Shown here: piece by piece, positions 40,040 through 51,618 of the stretch
Position numbering within the stretch: the stretch's first letter is position 1
Layout: each line of letters begins with the position of its first letter
Origin: Eledone cirrhosa
Lineage: Eukaryota
NCBI GenBank assembly: GCA_964016885.1
Contig: OZ024745.1
Span: 103,788,001-103,852,000, forward strand
Length of the DNA: 64,000 bases
Direction of reading: 5' to 3'
Position numbers and translations under genes: made by a program
Notes under the pieces: model-generated
Database searches by the model: none
What the model was told of the DNA's origin: nothing
What the model saw: the letters and a program-made list of their open reading frames with translations, nothing else

Positions 40040-40565
40040 ACTACTACTTTTACGTTAAATTCCGCCAGTTGCAGACTACGCATCAACATGAGATATTTTT
40101 CTTCCCAAAGTTCGATCACCAACAGCAGAGTTTAAAGAGCAAAGATCAAGTCCAGTTCATAGGTTGACATTATCAACCCATCGTTTTGGCTGCCAGCCTC
40201 TGCTTCTCTTACTAGCCAACCTTCCTTCCAGGCATAACCTACTCACAGCACGAGTTGATCTTTTTATATGACCGTATAGTTTGAGTACTCTTGACTTGAC
40301 AATTGATGTAATTAGTCTAAGTCTGGTAATGTTAAGCAGTTCACTGATACAGATACGGCCAGGCATAGGTCTCATGATGGTTCTAAAATGTAAAGAGCTT
40401 CTGAAGTGACCTTGTCCAATTAACACAGCCAGGACCGTGTAACACAACTGGTAGGATGTAAGTATCGAAGATCTTAGACTTCACATGATAGGAATCTCGT
40501 TTTGATGTTAGTACTTCTTTGTTCTTGTTGAAAGCTGCCCAACCTAGAGCAATGCGATACTGCGC
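40040..40565 (-). mobile_element. RTE LINE 3' fragment with (TAG)n tail
   Basis: RIALGWAAFNKNK, KSKIFDTYILPVV, VKSRVLKLYGHIKR, CLEGRLASKRSRG.QPKRWVDN. Confidence 0.8.
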
Positions 40566-40829
40566 AACAACCATTCCATTGTTGTTTGCAGTAGAAGTAA
40601 TTAAAGTAATTAATCGCTTAACTAGATTATACATTGTTCCTGTAAACGGCCTGCAGAAATATTACTGTATAAGTGTAAATTGTGTAAACTTCACCTCGAA
40701 ATAAAAATTAATAAACAACTTAATCCTAAATATATCCTTAAGAACCTGCAAAACCCTCGTTATTGTTATTATCTGATAAACTGTTATCACTAATAAACAG
40801 TTAACTTGATTCAGTGGAATGATACGTGA

Positions 40830-41935
40830 TGGGGGGGGGGGGGGGGGCACAGCCCGGTGGACAGAATGAAGAAGGCGTTTCTCCGGAGGACGGCAAGGGA
40901 GACGCGCTGGAAAAGCCACTCCAACTCGCGGGGCTCACACCTGCGGCTGGTCAACTCAGCGCCTATGGTGGTGAGTAGCCCTAGGGCCGAGGACACCAGA
41001 AGTCTCCACTGCCAAGGGTACAACTACAAACCATTTGAGGAGTTTGGCCTCCTCAGCTCGACGTGCAGCAGAACCTGGGTTAGTCGCAGACTGCACCAGG
41101 TTGCGGCTGCAAGTGGCATCCCAGACGAGGGGTTTGCCACCGCGGAACGGGAAAATGGTCATGCCATCTGGCCTTTTGCCGTCCCCTCGGTCCAGCCCCA
41201 CCGGTTCGAGCTGGGAAGGGAAGCCTGCAGCGTCCAAGCCATGCTTTATGACCTCGTTGAGGGCAGCATGGCGTGGAAGGCGGCCAGCAGCGGGTGGAGG
41301 CCGAAAGAGTCCATGGTAGATCCGCAGCGACATTGGTGGGGCTCGCAGATCTGGAGGCCGAGCCTCAAGGAAACGCTGATGCGCAGGCTATTGTTGTCTA
41401 GCTGCGTGCCAGTGGAGAAGGAGGAGGACAGGGCATGGAGCCAGGAACTACTGTGGGGTTTGGAGGCCGCACAGAAACAGGCAAGGTGGTGCTGGTCGAG
41501 CTGGCAAGTGAGCCTGTCTACTGGGCTAAGTCCCAGCCGGTCTCACGTCTCACAGGTGGCCTCACGTTCTCTGAACACAGAGGGTTCTATTGTGTTTTGA
41601 AGAACCCTGCTGACGAGGACGCGGCATGAGATTACCGACGAAAGATACGCTGGAAAAGCCAGTGAGATCGGGGACTGGAGGCCAAGGCCGCCATACTTGA
41701 CAGGTAAAGTGGCTGTTGCCATCCAATGTCGTCAAACTTGACGTTGCATATTTCCTCGGCTGCCGCTCGGATACAAGTATCGAGGTCAGCGAGGAGAGAT
41801 GCGTGGGTGTAGCACGGAGCGCTGCGAAGGGTATAGAGGAACTTCGGCATGGCGAAGCAGTTCCTCAACAGAAAGAGAGTTTGGAGTTGTTGGAGCCTGG
41901 ACCTGATGGTGGAGCGGATGGCCGGCGGGTGGATC
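40830..41935 (-). mobile_element. CRE-clade-like non-LTR retrotransposon fragment (RT C-terminus plus restriction-like endonuclease), family A
   Basis: LLRNCFAMPKFLYTLRSAP; RHAALNEVI; LEPVGLDRGDGKRPDGMTIFPF..GKPLVWDATC; AEEAK; PLAVETSGVLG; WLFQRVSLAVLR.NA. Confidence 0.85.
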
Positions 41936-41977
41936 GGTGAATCTTCATTCTGATTTTCATTTACAGTAATAATAATG

Positions 41978-42118
41978 ATAATATTTCTACTTTTTGCACA
42001 AGGCCAGCAATTACCCCCACTGCATTACTGGTGCTTTATTTTATCGACACCGTAAGGATGAAAGACAAAGTTAACCTCGGCGGATTTGAACTCAGAACGT
42101 AAAGGGCCATAACTCTCT
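41978..42118 (-). mobile_element. tRNA-derived SINE, 5'-truncated
   Basis: B-box, core and 3' end as in the main family. Confidence 0.85.
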
Positions 42119-42270
42119 TCAAACTCCACCACCTACTTACAATTTTTCGGAAACGATCTCAAAATCCACACAATCAAGACTAAATTTCCAGTTGCTCGAC
42201 GGAAATACACCGAATTGCAACTGCATTAATAGAAACGGATGTCCATTACAAAGAAAATGCCTATCTAAAG

Positions 42271-42322
<52 letters not shown>

Positions 42323-42369
42323 AAGTTGACGGACCCAGCATATGTATCAATGCTAGGACCGGTTGTATC

Positions 42370-42405
<36 letters not shown>

Positions 42406-42409
<4 letters not shown>

Positions 42410-44172
42410 ACGAAGGGTATTAGTAATTGTTAGAATGAAATAGCAAGAATGGCCGATTTAGTTTATATATAAAGGTTTACTTCACTTGAGTCAAAAAGAA
42501 CAATAAACATATTACCATTAGTTGCGAAGGTTGACAATGTTATTTCGTTGTTGGTTCATGAGGATGGTGTAGTCTGCGACCAAGAGAGAGAGAGAGAGAG
42601 TAATGGACTGTAGACCATTGTGGCCTGTAGAAAGCGGCGAATCTTTCACATGGCTTGTCTGTATCGTGGTGCTCCGATCTCTTTGTATGACTGTAGACCT
42701 CTGGGGTCTGAAGGTAGCGGTGAATCTTTCACATGGCTTGTCTGTATCGTGGTGCTCCGATCTCTCTGTATGACTGTAGACCTCTGGGGTCTGAAGGTAG
42801 CGGTGAATCTTTCACATGGCTTGTCTGTATCGTGGTGCTCCGATCTCTCTGTATGACTGTAGACCTCTGGGGTCTGAAGGTAGCGGTGAATCTTTCACAT
42901 GGCTTGTCTGTGTCGTGGTGCTCCGATCTCTCTGTATGACTGTAGACCTCTGGGGTCTGAAGGTAGTGGTGAATCTTTCACATGGCTTGTCTGTGTCGTG
43001 GTGCTCCGATCTCTTTGTATGACTGTAGACCTCTGGGGTCTGAAGGTAGCGGTGAATCTTTCACATGGCTTGTCTGTGTCGTGGTGCTCCGATCTCTCTG
43101 TATGACTGTAGACCTCTGGGGTCTGAAGGTAGTGGTGAATCTTTCACATGGCTTGTCTGTATCGTGGTGCTCCGATCTCTTTGTATGACTGTAGACCTCT
43201 GGGGTCTGAAGGTAGCGGTGAATCTTTCACATGGCTTGTCTGTATCGTGGTGCTCCGATCTCTTTGTATGACTGTAGACCTCTGGGGTCTGAAGGTAGCG
43301 GTGAATCTTTCACATGGCTTGTCTGTATCGTGGTGCTCCGATCTCTCTGTATGACTGTAGACCTCTGGGGTCTGAAGGTAGTGGTGAATCTTTCACATGG
43401 CTTGTCTGTATCGTGGTGCTCCGATCTCTTTGTATGACTGTAGACCTCTGGGGTCTGAAGGTAGCGGTGAATCTTTCACATGGCTTGTCTGTATCGTGGT
43501 GCTCCGATCTCTTTGTATGACTGTAGACCTCTGGGGTCTGAAGGTAGCGGTGAATCTTTCACATGGCTTGTCTGTATCGTGGTGCTCCGATCTCTCTGTA
43601 TGACTGTAGACCTCTGGGGTCTGAAGGTAGCGGTGAATCTTTCACATGGCTTGTCTGTATCGTGGTGCTCCGATCTCTCTGTATGTCTGTAGACCTCTGG
43701 GGTCTGAAGGTAGCGGTGAATCTTTCACATGGCTTGTCTGTATCGTGGTGCTCCGATCTCTCTGTGTGACTGTAGACCTCTGGGGTCTGAAGGTAGCGGT
43801 GAATCTTTCACATGGCTTGTCTGTATCGTGGTGCTCCGATCTCTCTGTATGTCTGTAGACCTCTGGGGTCTGAAGGTAGCGGTGAATCTTTCACATGGCT
43901 TGTCTGTATCGTGGTGTTCCGGTCTCTCTGTATGACTGTAGACCTCTGGGGTCTGAAGGTAGCGGTGAATCTTTCACATGGCTTGTCTGTATCGTGGTGC
44001 TCCGGTCTCTCTGTATGTATGGTGGGAAAATATAGACTTTATATACCTATCGCTTTCTGTCTCCCACCTTGAGGGGATAGCCCACGCATGAACCTGTTCA
44101 CACCAAAAGGGTGGTGACCTAGAGTTTGACCTTTAGGTGTCACCCAAGGTTCAAGGCGTGGACAGATTTCGC

Positions 44173-44176
<4 letters not shown>
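42406..44176 (-). mobile_element. Solo-LTR-like element expanded by an internal minisatellite, inserted in (TA)n
   Basis: Termini TGTAGCGAAATCTGTCC...CCCTTCGTTAAA; collinear with the ~467-bp copy at 55239-55705. Confidence 0.7.
42607..44016. repeat. 83-bp minisatellite, about 17 copies
   Basis: Unit GACTGTAGACCTCTGGGGTCTGAAGGTAGCGGTGAATCTTTCACATGGCTTGTCTGTATCGTGGTGCTCCGATCTCTCTGTAT. Confidence 0.97.
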
Positions 44177-44257
<81 letters not shown>

Positions 44258-44996
44258 ATAATAAGTTGACGGACCCAGCGTATGTATCAATGCTAGGACC
44301 GGTTACATCTCAATATATATATAGTCTATTATTTCCTCATATTTTGTAATTTGATAAATAGCTCTGATTATTGAGTTATTTTAATTATTCTAGCTCTTTC
44401 GGTCATCGAGCAAAACTTGTTAAGGCGGACACAACACACACACATATATATGAATATGTGTGTGTATTTCATTATATATATGTATATATATATATAATAA
44501 AATATAGAGAAAAATACTGCAGGTAGCACATGGATAACATGTAATAAAAAGAGTCCCTCATCAGTGATTTGCCGACGATCATAGATATTTCATTGCATTA
44601 AAAATCATATACCTCACGTCGGTGCAATAATAACCAAAATAAGTTATTAGGACAATTGAAACGCGTAAAGCGAGTGAGACAGGAGAACAACAAAAAGTAT
44701 AGCTAACCGTAGGGGGAAGAAACAAGCTTCAAAAATTATTCTGTTTAGCATAAGCTAGGTGAATATATGAGCGCTTTTAGAACAGACCCGACACGAGCGA
44801 TGGCTATGTGAGGAGAGAGAAAAATAGCCTTCGTGGTGTACAGGATGAAATGAAGAGAAGAGAAGAGAAACAGTGAGTGAGTGAAAGTGTGAGGAAGAGT
44901 TAACTGACATGACAGAGGGGGAGAAACAGAGAGAATGGGGGAACAGTAAGAGAGAGAGAGAAAAAAACACAGAATCGCAGTGGTAAATATATGTAA

Positions 44997-45793
44997 TCTA
45001 TATATATAAAACTGTGGTTGTCTGTCTGTCTATCGATTTTTGGCACACATCTCCTCTTAGAATCTCTCATGGAATTGCACCGAAATTGCTATACTTGTAC
45101 ATTGAGCCCTAGCGAAGACATCGGAAAAAAAATATTTCAAATTGACCCACCCTATGTGACGAAATCGAATATAATGTATCGATTTTTGAGCGTAAGTTAT
45201 CAGTTATTTCCCTTTGTTCTGTTTACATTGAGCGTCTTACGTAAAAAATTACGCTGGCTTTCTCAGCGTTTAAAAAATATTGACCTGCAAAATTCATCAG
45301 TTCGAACACTAAGCTTCCGTTTTGCTTCATTTCCATTTAAAAGCATTTTAAAACAATATTTTTACTTGAAAACAAGTCTATTTAAAGACTACGTAAAACA
45401 AGCAAATATTTTGCCGTTAGGCGTGCAGACAGACAGTCGTGCAGACAGACAGTCGTGCAGAGAGGTGATATAGGCGTGCAGACAGACATAACTGATAATT
45501 TGGTTACGCTAATGTTTTTCTCTGCGTTGCAGTGTTTACATTTTCGATCTTTGTTAATAAATAACCAGTGCAGTTTTTATCCCCAGCATCCTCTTTTGTT
45601 ATAACATTCGGGTTATCGTTATGTTTTCTTAACTTCATAAGGCATATTGTTGGTTGAGGGAATATTAATCAAAAACACCACATGCAAGTCTGCACAGTAG
45701 ACACTACAGTTTTTAAGCCAAAAAAGAAACTTAACATTGTAACTTTAACACAGCTACTGAGCGACCCCGAGCAACGCCGGGCTTTACTGCTAG
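44997..45793 (+). mobile_element. Non-autonomous Helitron
   Basis: 5' TCTATATATATAAAA..GTCTGTCTGTC; 3' hairpin CCCG-AGCAACGC-CGGG then CTAG; inserted between A and T with no TSD. The rejoined flanks match the repeat at 44497-44543. Confidence 0.85.
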
Positions 45794-46459
45794 TAAAATA
45801 TAGAGAAAAATACTGCAGGTAGCATATGGATAACATGTATATATATATATATACACACACACACTTCCCTTTCACGATTAACAGCCAATTCTTTATAAAG
45901 TCAGCTTATCCAACAGATACATTGTCTTTTGATAACCCAAATAGAAAAAAAAAGGATGATACATTTTTATTTGTACATATATTGTCCTTAAATTATTTTA
46001 AAATACCACACAACATATCTTTAAAATCATATTACACAACAAGCCATTCCAATGTAGTTAAAACATACATCCGCTTTGTACTAAACTAAAATTATTTAAA
46101 TAAGCATTCTGAATTGACAACTTTTCATTGGCCTTGCAAAAAAACAGAAATATTACAAACCCATTATTTTCGTAAAACTGCAAATAACCCTCATCGTACA
46201 CAGCACCAATTTCTAAACACAATTCTCATTTGTATCATTACGTAAAAAGTGGATCTATCGATACTTATTTGTATTTTATGTATTATATTTGTCATCTATA
46301 CATACATTTGTACATATGTATTCGATTAGCAAAATTTTCGGACCACCTCACGGCCAGGTAATATCCTCCGCGCGCCCACCACTATTTCCAGAGATACCTG
46401 CCTATATGCAAATTGTAAATAATATATAATAAATAAAATCGTTAATTTATATATAATAA

Positions 46460-46815
46460 ATAATTGTTTCTACTTTTGGCACAAGGCCAGCAATTATCCC
46501 AGTACATTACTGGTGCTTTATTTTATCGACCCCGTAAGGTTGAAAGGCAAAGTTAACCTGGCGGGATTTGAACTCAGATCGTAAAGGGGCGTAACTATGC
46601 TCCAAAGAATGGTGTCCGACCCTCTACCGATACTGCCAATCCAAAATAATATAATATATACTATATTTTTGTAGCATAGAGTTACGCCCCTTTATGATCT
46701 GAGTTCAAATCCCGCCGAGGTTAACTTTGCCTTTTATCCTTACGGGGTCGATAAAATAAAGTACCAGTAATGCACTGGATAATTGCTGGCCTTGTGCCAA
46801 AAGTAGAAACAATTA
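46460..46815. mobile_element. Head-to-head inverted pair of SINEs
   Basis: Minus copy at 46460-46643 and 5'-truncated plus copy at 46672-46815. Confidence 0.9.
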
Positions 46816-47569
46816 TATTATCTCTACCACCGCCTTACACCCCACTGGACCTTCTCAACCCCGCGAACAAGTCCGCAAAATCATTTCCGCAGACAAAGGC
46901 CAGTGACATCCGCTACAACAGCCACTCCACCTCACTAGGTTCCTTCTTCAGACAGGCTGCTGGCGTTTCGATTTTGACGTTTCGGCAGCACGGGGTCCAA
47001 GTCACAAAATACGTGAAACTGCATCGAATACAATTGTAAAAGGATTTATGTAGTTGCAACATGATGCTTCCTTTGAGTATGCCTTTAAAACAGATAATCA
47101 AAATGGCGAAATAAGTAACACGTTTAGAATCTGTCTACTTCATTTGTGTGAAGCAACGTGTCAGTAGTTATACATGGAATTACCTGCAAACCTGTTAAAT
47201 CGTTTATCAAATTTTCTAATGCAAACAACTATGCTGAAATCTTTCATTATTTCATTATTTAATTAAGTGTAAATGTCATTCTGTTTAATGGTATCTAATG
47301 AAATATTTATACTAGCATAACTAGGACATAATTACAGATCCGTTTAATTATTAGCTAAACTTTTTTTTCCGTGTATGTGTGTTGTGTCAAACTAGCCTTT
47401 TCTCCATATACACACTTGTGTTTAGATATAAGTGTGCAGCAAGTATGAACTATAATATATGAGGAGATGAATTTATATAAGTAAATATGAGAGTTTTACC
47501 CCTATTATCTTTTAAATACATTTAACTATATGCATTAACATCTATAAACAGGTATATTTGTGAAATATA

Positions 47570-47838
47570 TATATATAAGGTCCGAACACAAAGGAACCAA
47601 ACTCCCACTGTCACTGCCTCCCTCTCCCCCCATCTCTCACTATTATGAGCAGATGGGAGCCCACGCGCTGGCCGCCCCGCGGCCCCAGCAGACAGAATAG
47701 CGAAGGCGTTTCCCCGAAGGATGGTGAGGAGACGCACTGGAAGAGCCATTCCAGCTGGCGAGACTCACACCTGAGGGTAGCCAACTCTTGGCCGATAGTG
47801 GTGAGTAGGGAGGTGACCCTAGGGCCAAGGACACCAGT
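47570..47838 (-). mobile_element. CRE-like family A 3' end
   Basis: GVLGPRVTSLLTTIGQELATLRCESRQLEWLFQ..LTILRGNAFAILSAG plus UTR ending in (TA)n; a decayed piece also lies at 46823-46950. Confidence 0.85.
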
Positions 47839-48178
47839 TGAAAGCATATCTGAGTGATGTTCTCTTAGACACAAACCATTCCTATTAGACCTATTGGAAG
47901 GACATATATCGCACCCGCTCTGATGAAAGACGAATGGCGTGGTAAGTGTTACTCAGTGTTTCGACTGGTATAAAGTTACTTCATTGTTATTTCATTATAC
48001 GACCTGTCACAGTTATGTTAACCTTTTCTGACCTGGTCATATCTACCAACAAGGTGACCCGATTTAGTCTTGAACTGAAATTTGTCTGGGAACTTCTTCT
48101 ACCCCTGCCGGTGACTTCGTAATGGTAGTCATTCGCCTCGTGTAGACGACTAATGTCATATCTCTAAATGTCTTAATA

Positions 48179-48426
48179 CAGGAGTCCCCAACCACCGGGC
48201 CGCAAAGAAATAATGAAATAATTAACTTGTTTAAAATTATATAATAGATAAATTGAATATTGGACTTTTAAAAAGATTTACATGACAGTCAAATATTATC
48301 CTCTTGTTCTTCCCTTTATTATTTATCGAAATGCACTTAAATGATACATATGTGCAACTACCGACCCGCAGAAGATTGTCCGGCATGAAGCTGGTCCATG
48401 GTATAAAAAAAGGTTGGAGACCACTG
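48179..48426. mobile_element. hAT-type MITE
   Basis: TIRs CAGGAGTCCCCAACC / GGTTGGAGACCACTG; partial 8-bp TSD TCTTAATA / TCCTAGAA. Confidence 0.75.
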
Positions 48427-48550
48427 TCCTAGAATATACTTTAACTATGTATTGTGCGCTTTCTGAAATTATGTCTCAGATTAAAACTGTTGCAATGTGT
48501 TGCGTTCAACTCATATATGTTGCCTACATTGTATGTGTGCATATAAATAT

Positions 48551-48814
48551 TTAAAGTCTTAAGCCAGAAGGCTCATTTGGCCGGTGCTTATCCCGGTTTC
48601 ATGGCGTGAAGCGACTGAGAGTACAAGACTCCCCCCTGGACAAGCAGCAAGTCCATCGCAGGGCTAAACCCTCAGCTATTGCTGGTACTCCTTTTCAACT
48701 GAGTATACTGGAGCAACGTGAAAGGAAGTGATTTTCTCAAGAACACAACACTTAACCCAAGAATAGAACCCACGACGTTATGATCGTAAGTCCAACGCCG
48801 TTACCACTAGGCTA
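48551..48814 (-). mobile_element. tRNA-derived SINE of a second family
   Basis: TAGCCTAGTGGT A-box, GGGTTCTATTC B-box-like, CORE-like body and CCCTGCGATGGACT..GTCCAGGGG block. Confidence 0.75.
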
Positions 48815-49664
48815 TATATATATGCGTGTGTGTGTGTAAATAAGACCGTTATTATTACTCCAATCAATCTACTAATCCTCAGCAATACTCCAAACCAAAC
48901 GCCAACCTGTACCCATGAGGCCCTGCGAAATAAATCCGATTCACCCTCCAAAATCTGCAAATCAAACGTGGATCACCCATTCTCTCAAAATCGGCATACG
49001 CAACCAGACCGTAATAGCCACTTAATGGGGAAGACGATGAATTGGTAGAATTGTTAGATCATCCATCGGATAAATTTTTTTTGCTGCTTCTTGACTCATA
49101 TTTAAAGATTCACTTTGAGCTTCTTAAGCAGTTCAAAACAACTATAATTACATATGAAATAATTTTTACCTACCGTATCATTGTCTTCTTTCAAAGAGGA
49201 GAAAAAGTTTAAAGCTTTTTAGTTAATCCATAACGGGGTTCAGTCCTAATTGCAGTTTACGATCCATACTATTAGCTTGGACAGAAAGTCCTCGTCGTTT
49301 TTCAAATCTTTTAACATTACGAAAATGTTACAAGTAAAAATAATCGACATTTGCGATTGCCGCCTGTCATTGTTTAGGAAGACACCTTATCCATCTATAG
49401 TGATTATTGGGGATGGTCGAGTTGGTAGTTGTTTTGTGGTGTTGATTCGTTTGTTGTGAGTGTGCTCATTTGTAGCTTGTTGTGTCTTGTGGTCACTGTT
49501 CTGTGATACAGTGTGACTAGAGGTTGCATATGTGTACTGGTAAGTGAGTAAGTGTTCATTAAAATGATGATGATGGTGATATGACAGTCCCTTGATCACG
49601 CAGAAAATGAATATTTATAAATGAACCACGATAACACTAAACCGCTATATTATTAATTTATTGA

Positions 49665-50092
49665 TTATAACACACGCCGAAGCTATACGAAAAATACACA
49701 AGAATTGTGTACGTTATTTGTTTGTTTGTAAAAGTAGAGTTAAAGTCGTATTTACCAAGAAAACTCCATGAACTACTGGCTTGGTTAAGAGAGAGACCAA
49801 AAGATAGAGATTGAGTGAAAGAGGGAGAGTAAGAGAAAGTAAGGGTCTGTAAGACCCCAGGGGGTCTGTAGAAAGCAATAGTCTGCATGTTTACTTTATC
49901 AAGAACTGCTGCCATCTGGTCCAAGACAGGCTATTTATCTATGTCGCTTCCTCTGTCCCCAAGCCATGAAAACAAAGGGCTGACCTTTAGAGGTCGTCCA
50001 CTCTTAGACCTGTTTACGCCCGAAAAGAGATAACCCAGAAATTGACCGTTAAATGGCACCCAGGGGTTAATATGCGGACAGATTTCGCTATA
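49665..50092 (-). mobile_element. Diverged relative of the TGTAGCGAAATCTGTCC solo-LTR-like family
   Basis: Starts TATAGCGAAATCTGTCC; shares CTGGGTGCCA..GGTCAA..CTGGG and the AGACCCC..GGGGTCT hairpin. Confidence 0.55.
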
Positions 50093-50924
50093 GATCCCTG
50101 TAGAATTCCTCTGGCTTCGATGCAAAGAATTCCGTCAGCCACTGATGTAACTGGTCTTTACTGCATTGCATTGCTCATTAAGAGAAAAAAGTGATAGTCT
50201 GTAGGCGAGTACAGCGGGTGGGGCAGAACCTCCTAACCAAGCTCCAGCAGCTTCTCACGAGTTATCTTTGATGTAAGCGATCGAGCATTAATCATGAAGG
50301 AATCGAACAGGGCCATGATGTGAGTGCACATGTGTTATTTTCGTCGCTAACCTGTCTGAGATTGTTCTAGAGTTAGGTGGGTGCAGCTCATAGTAGGTGA
50401 CACCTTTCCAGTCTCGCCAGACACTCAGTAGGGCCTTGTGATGGTGGAGGCTAGCCGTTGTTACGTACCCTCTGCTGTTGCGCTTAGGCCAGATTTGAAG
50501 TCATAAAATAATAGCCATAAATAAACGATTTGGATAGATCCATGCTGTTTCCTCTTTGATGGTGTAACAGGAAATGCACATAGTACATACCAACGTCACT
50601 TCTTGAATATGTGCGCATGCGTAGCATTTAACATTTCCGGAAAACTCTACCAAAATATTCCTTTTGAAAATCGTTTGGGAACTTTCTGTCTAACCCAGTG
50701 GTAACAAGCGTTCAAATTCAATATTTTTCTCATTCCGATTGCAAATAGATTATATTGTAGTTTTAAGATGAAACTATCTGTTCTCTCTTCTTATAACCAC
50801 CAGCTTGTCTCAACGTGATTCCTGTTGCTGCTTCGTTTATTCAAAAAGACTTTCTTACACCCCATTCGTATCATTTAATAATTCAAAGTTTGAACTCTAA
50901 AGAAATAACGTTTCACTGTTCTTG

Positions 50925-51220
50925 TCATCGCTGGCGGCTCACCTTAACTACGCCATCACCCGTGGTAATGCTGCGAGCGTATTGACTTGCCTCAAAATCT
51001 TAAGCTAACCCTTATGATAGGATGTACGATCGATTGACGTAATTGGTGGTAAATTGCCACCACCACCCTCTTTTTTCTTCTTTTTTAAATGTTTTTGTGT
51101 GTTGTATTTGTTATATGTTTATATTTGTGTTTGTATTTTATTTCTGAAATAATTGTCAGCAATTTGTAATGTTATTTATGTATATAATTTATAATGTTCT
51201 TCATAAAATGAATAAATTTT
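50925..51220 (+). mobile_element. CRE-like family B 3' end
   Basis: HLNYAITRGNAASVLTC..* and UTR TTGGTGGTAAATTGCC similar to the copy at 15045-15580. Confidence 0.6.
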
Positions 51221-51587
51221 CTGTTTAAAAACAGACATTCTACTTTTCACTTTTTCTCTTATTCATTGTTACCTGATGGGCAGAAATACTTTAACTCTAG
51301 AGAACTTGAAGAAAAAGGTATGTGATGCGCGAAGGGGAAAAATAGTACAACCACTTTTCGCTGTTGCAAAGTTCTACCGCTTTGGCTCAGCTAGCTAAAT
51401 GGTTCACTTTGCGTTATTCGCTCACTCACCATAGCAACCATCTCCATAAAAAAGTACTGCCTAGGGTTGCTTGAGCCATTAACTGAAATTCACGCTGTGT
51501 TAAATAAAATACAAAAAAAAACCCAGCCTGTAATACTTAACTTGGAAAATGTGCTAAACGAAACTGTGTTAAGTGAGGGATTACTGT

Positions 51588-51618
<31 letters not shown>

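Noticed and set aside
42620-44072. Series of 68-aa ORFs, or a CRISPR-like array
   Set aside because: The ORFs are artefacts of the 83-bp period. There are no unique spacers and no hammerhead core in the unit.
47870-47941. Plus-strand exon giving MKDEWR spliced to 51235 as a signal peptide
   Set aside because: It abuts a CRE fragment and overlaps a ribozyme-like remnant, and no downstream exons could be found.
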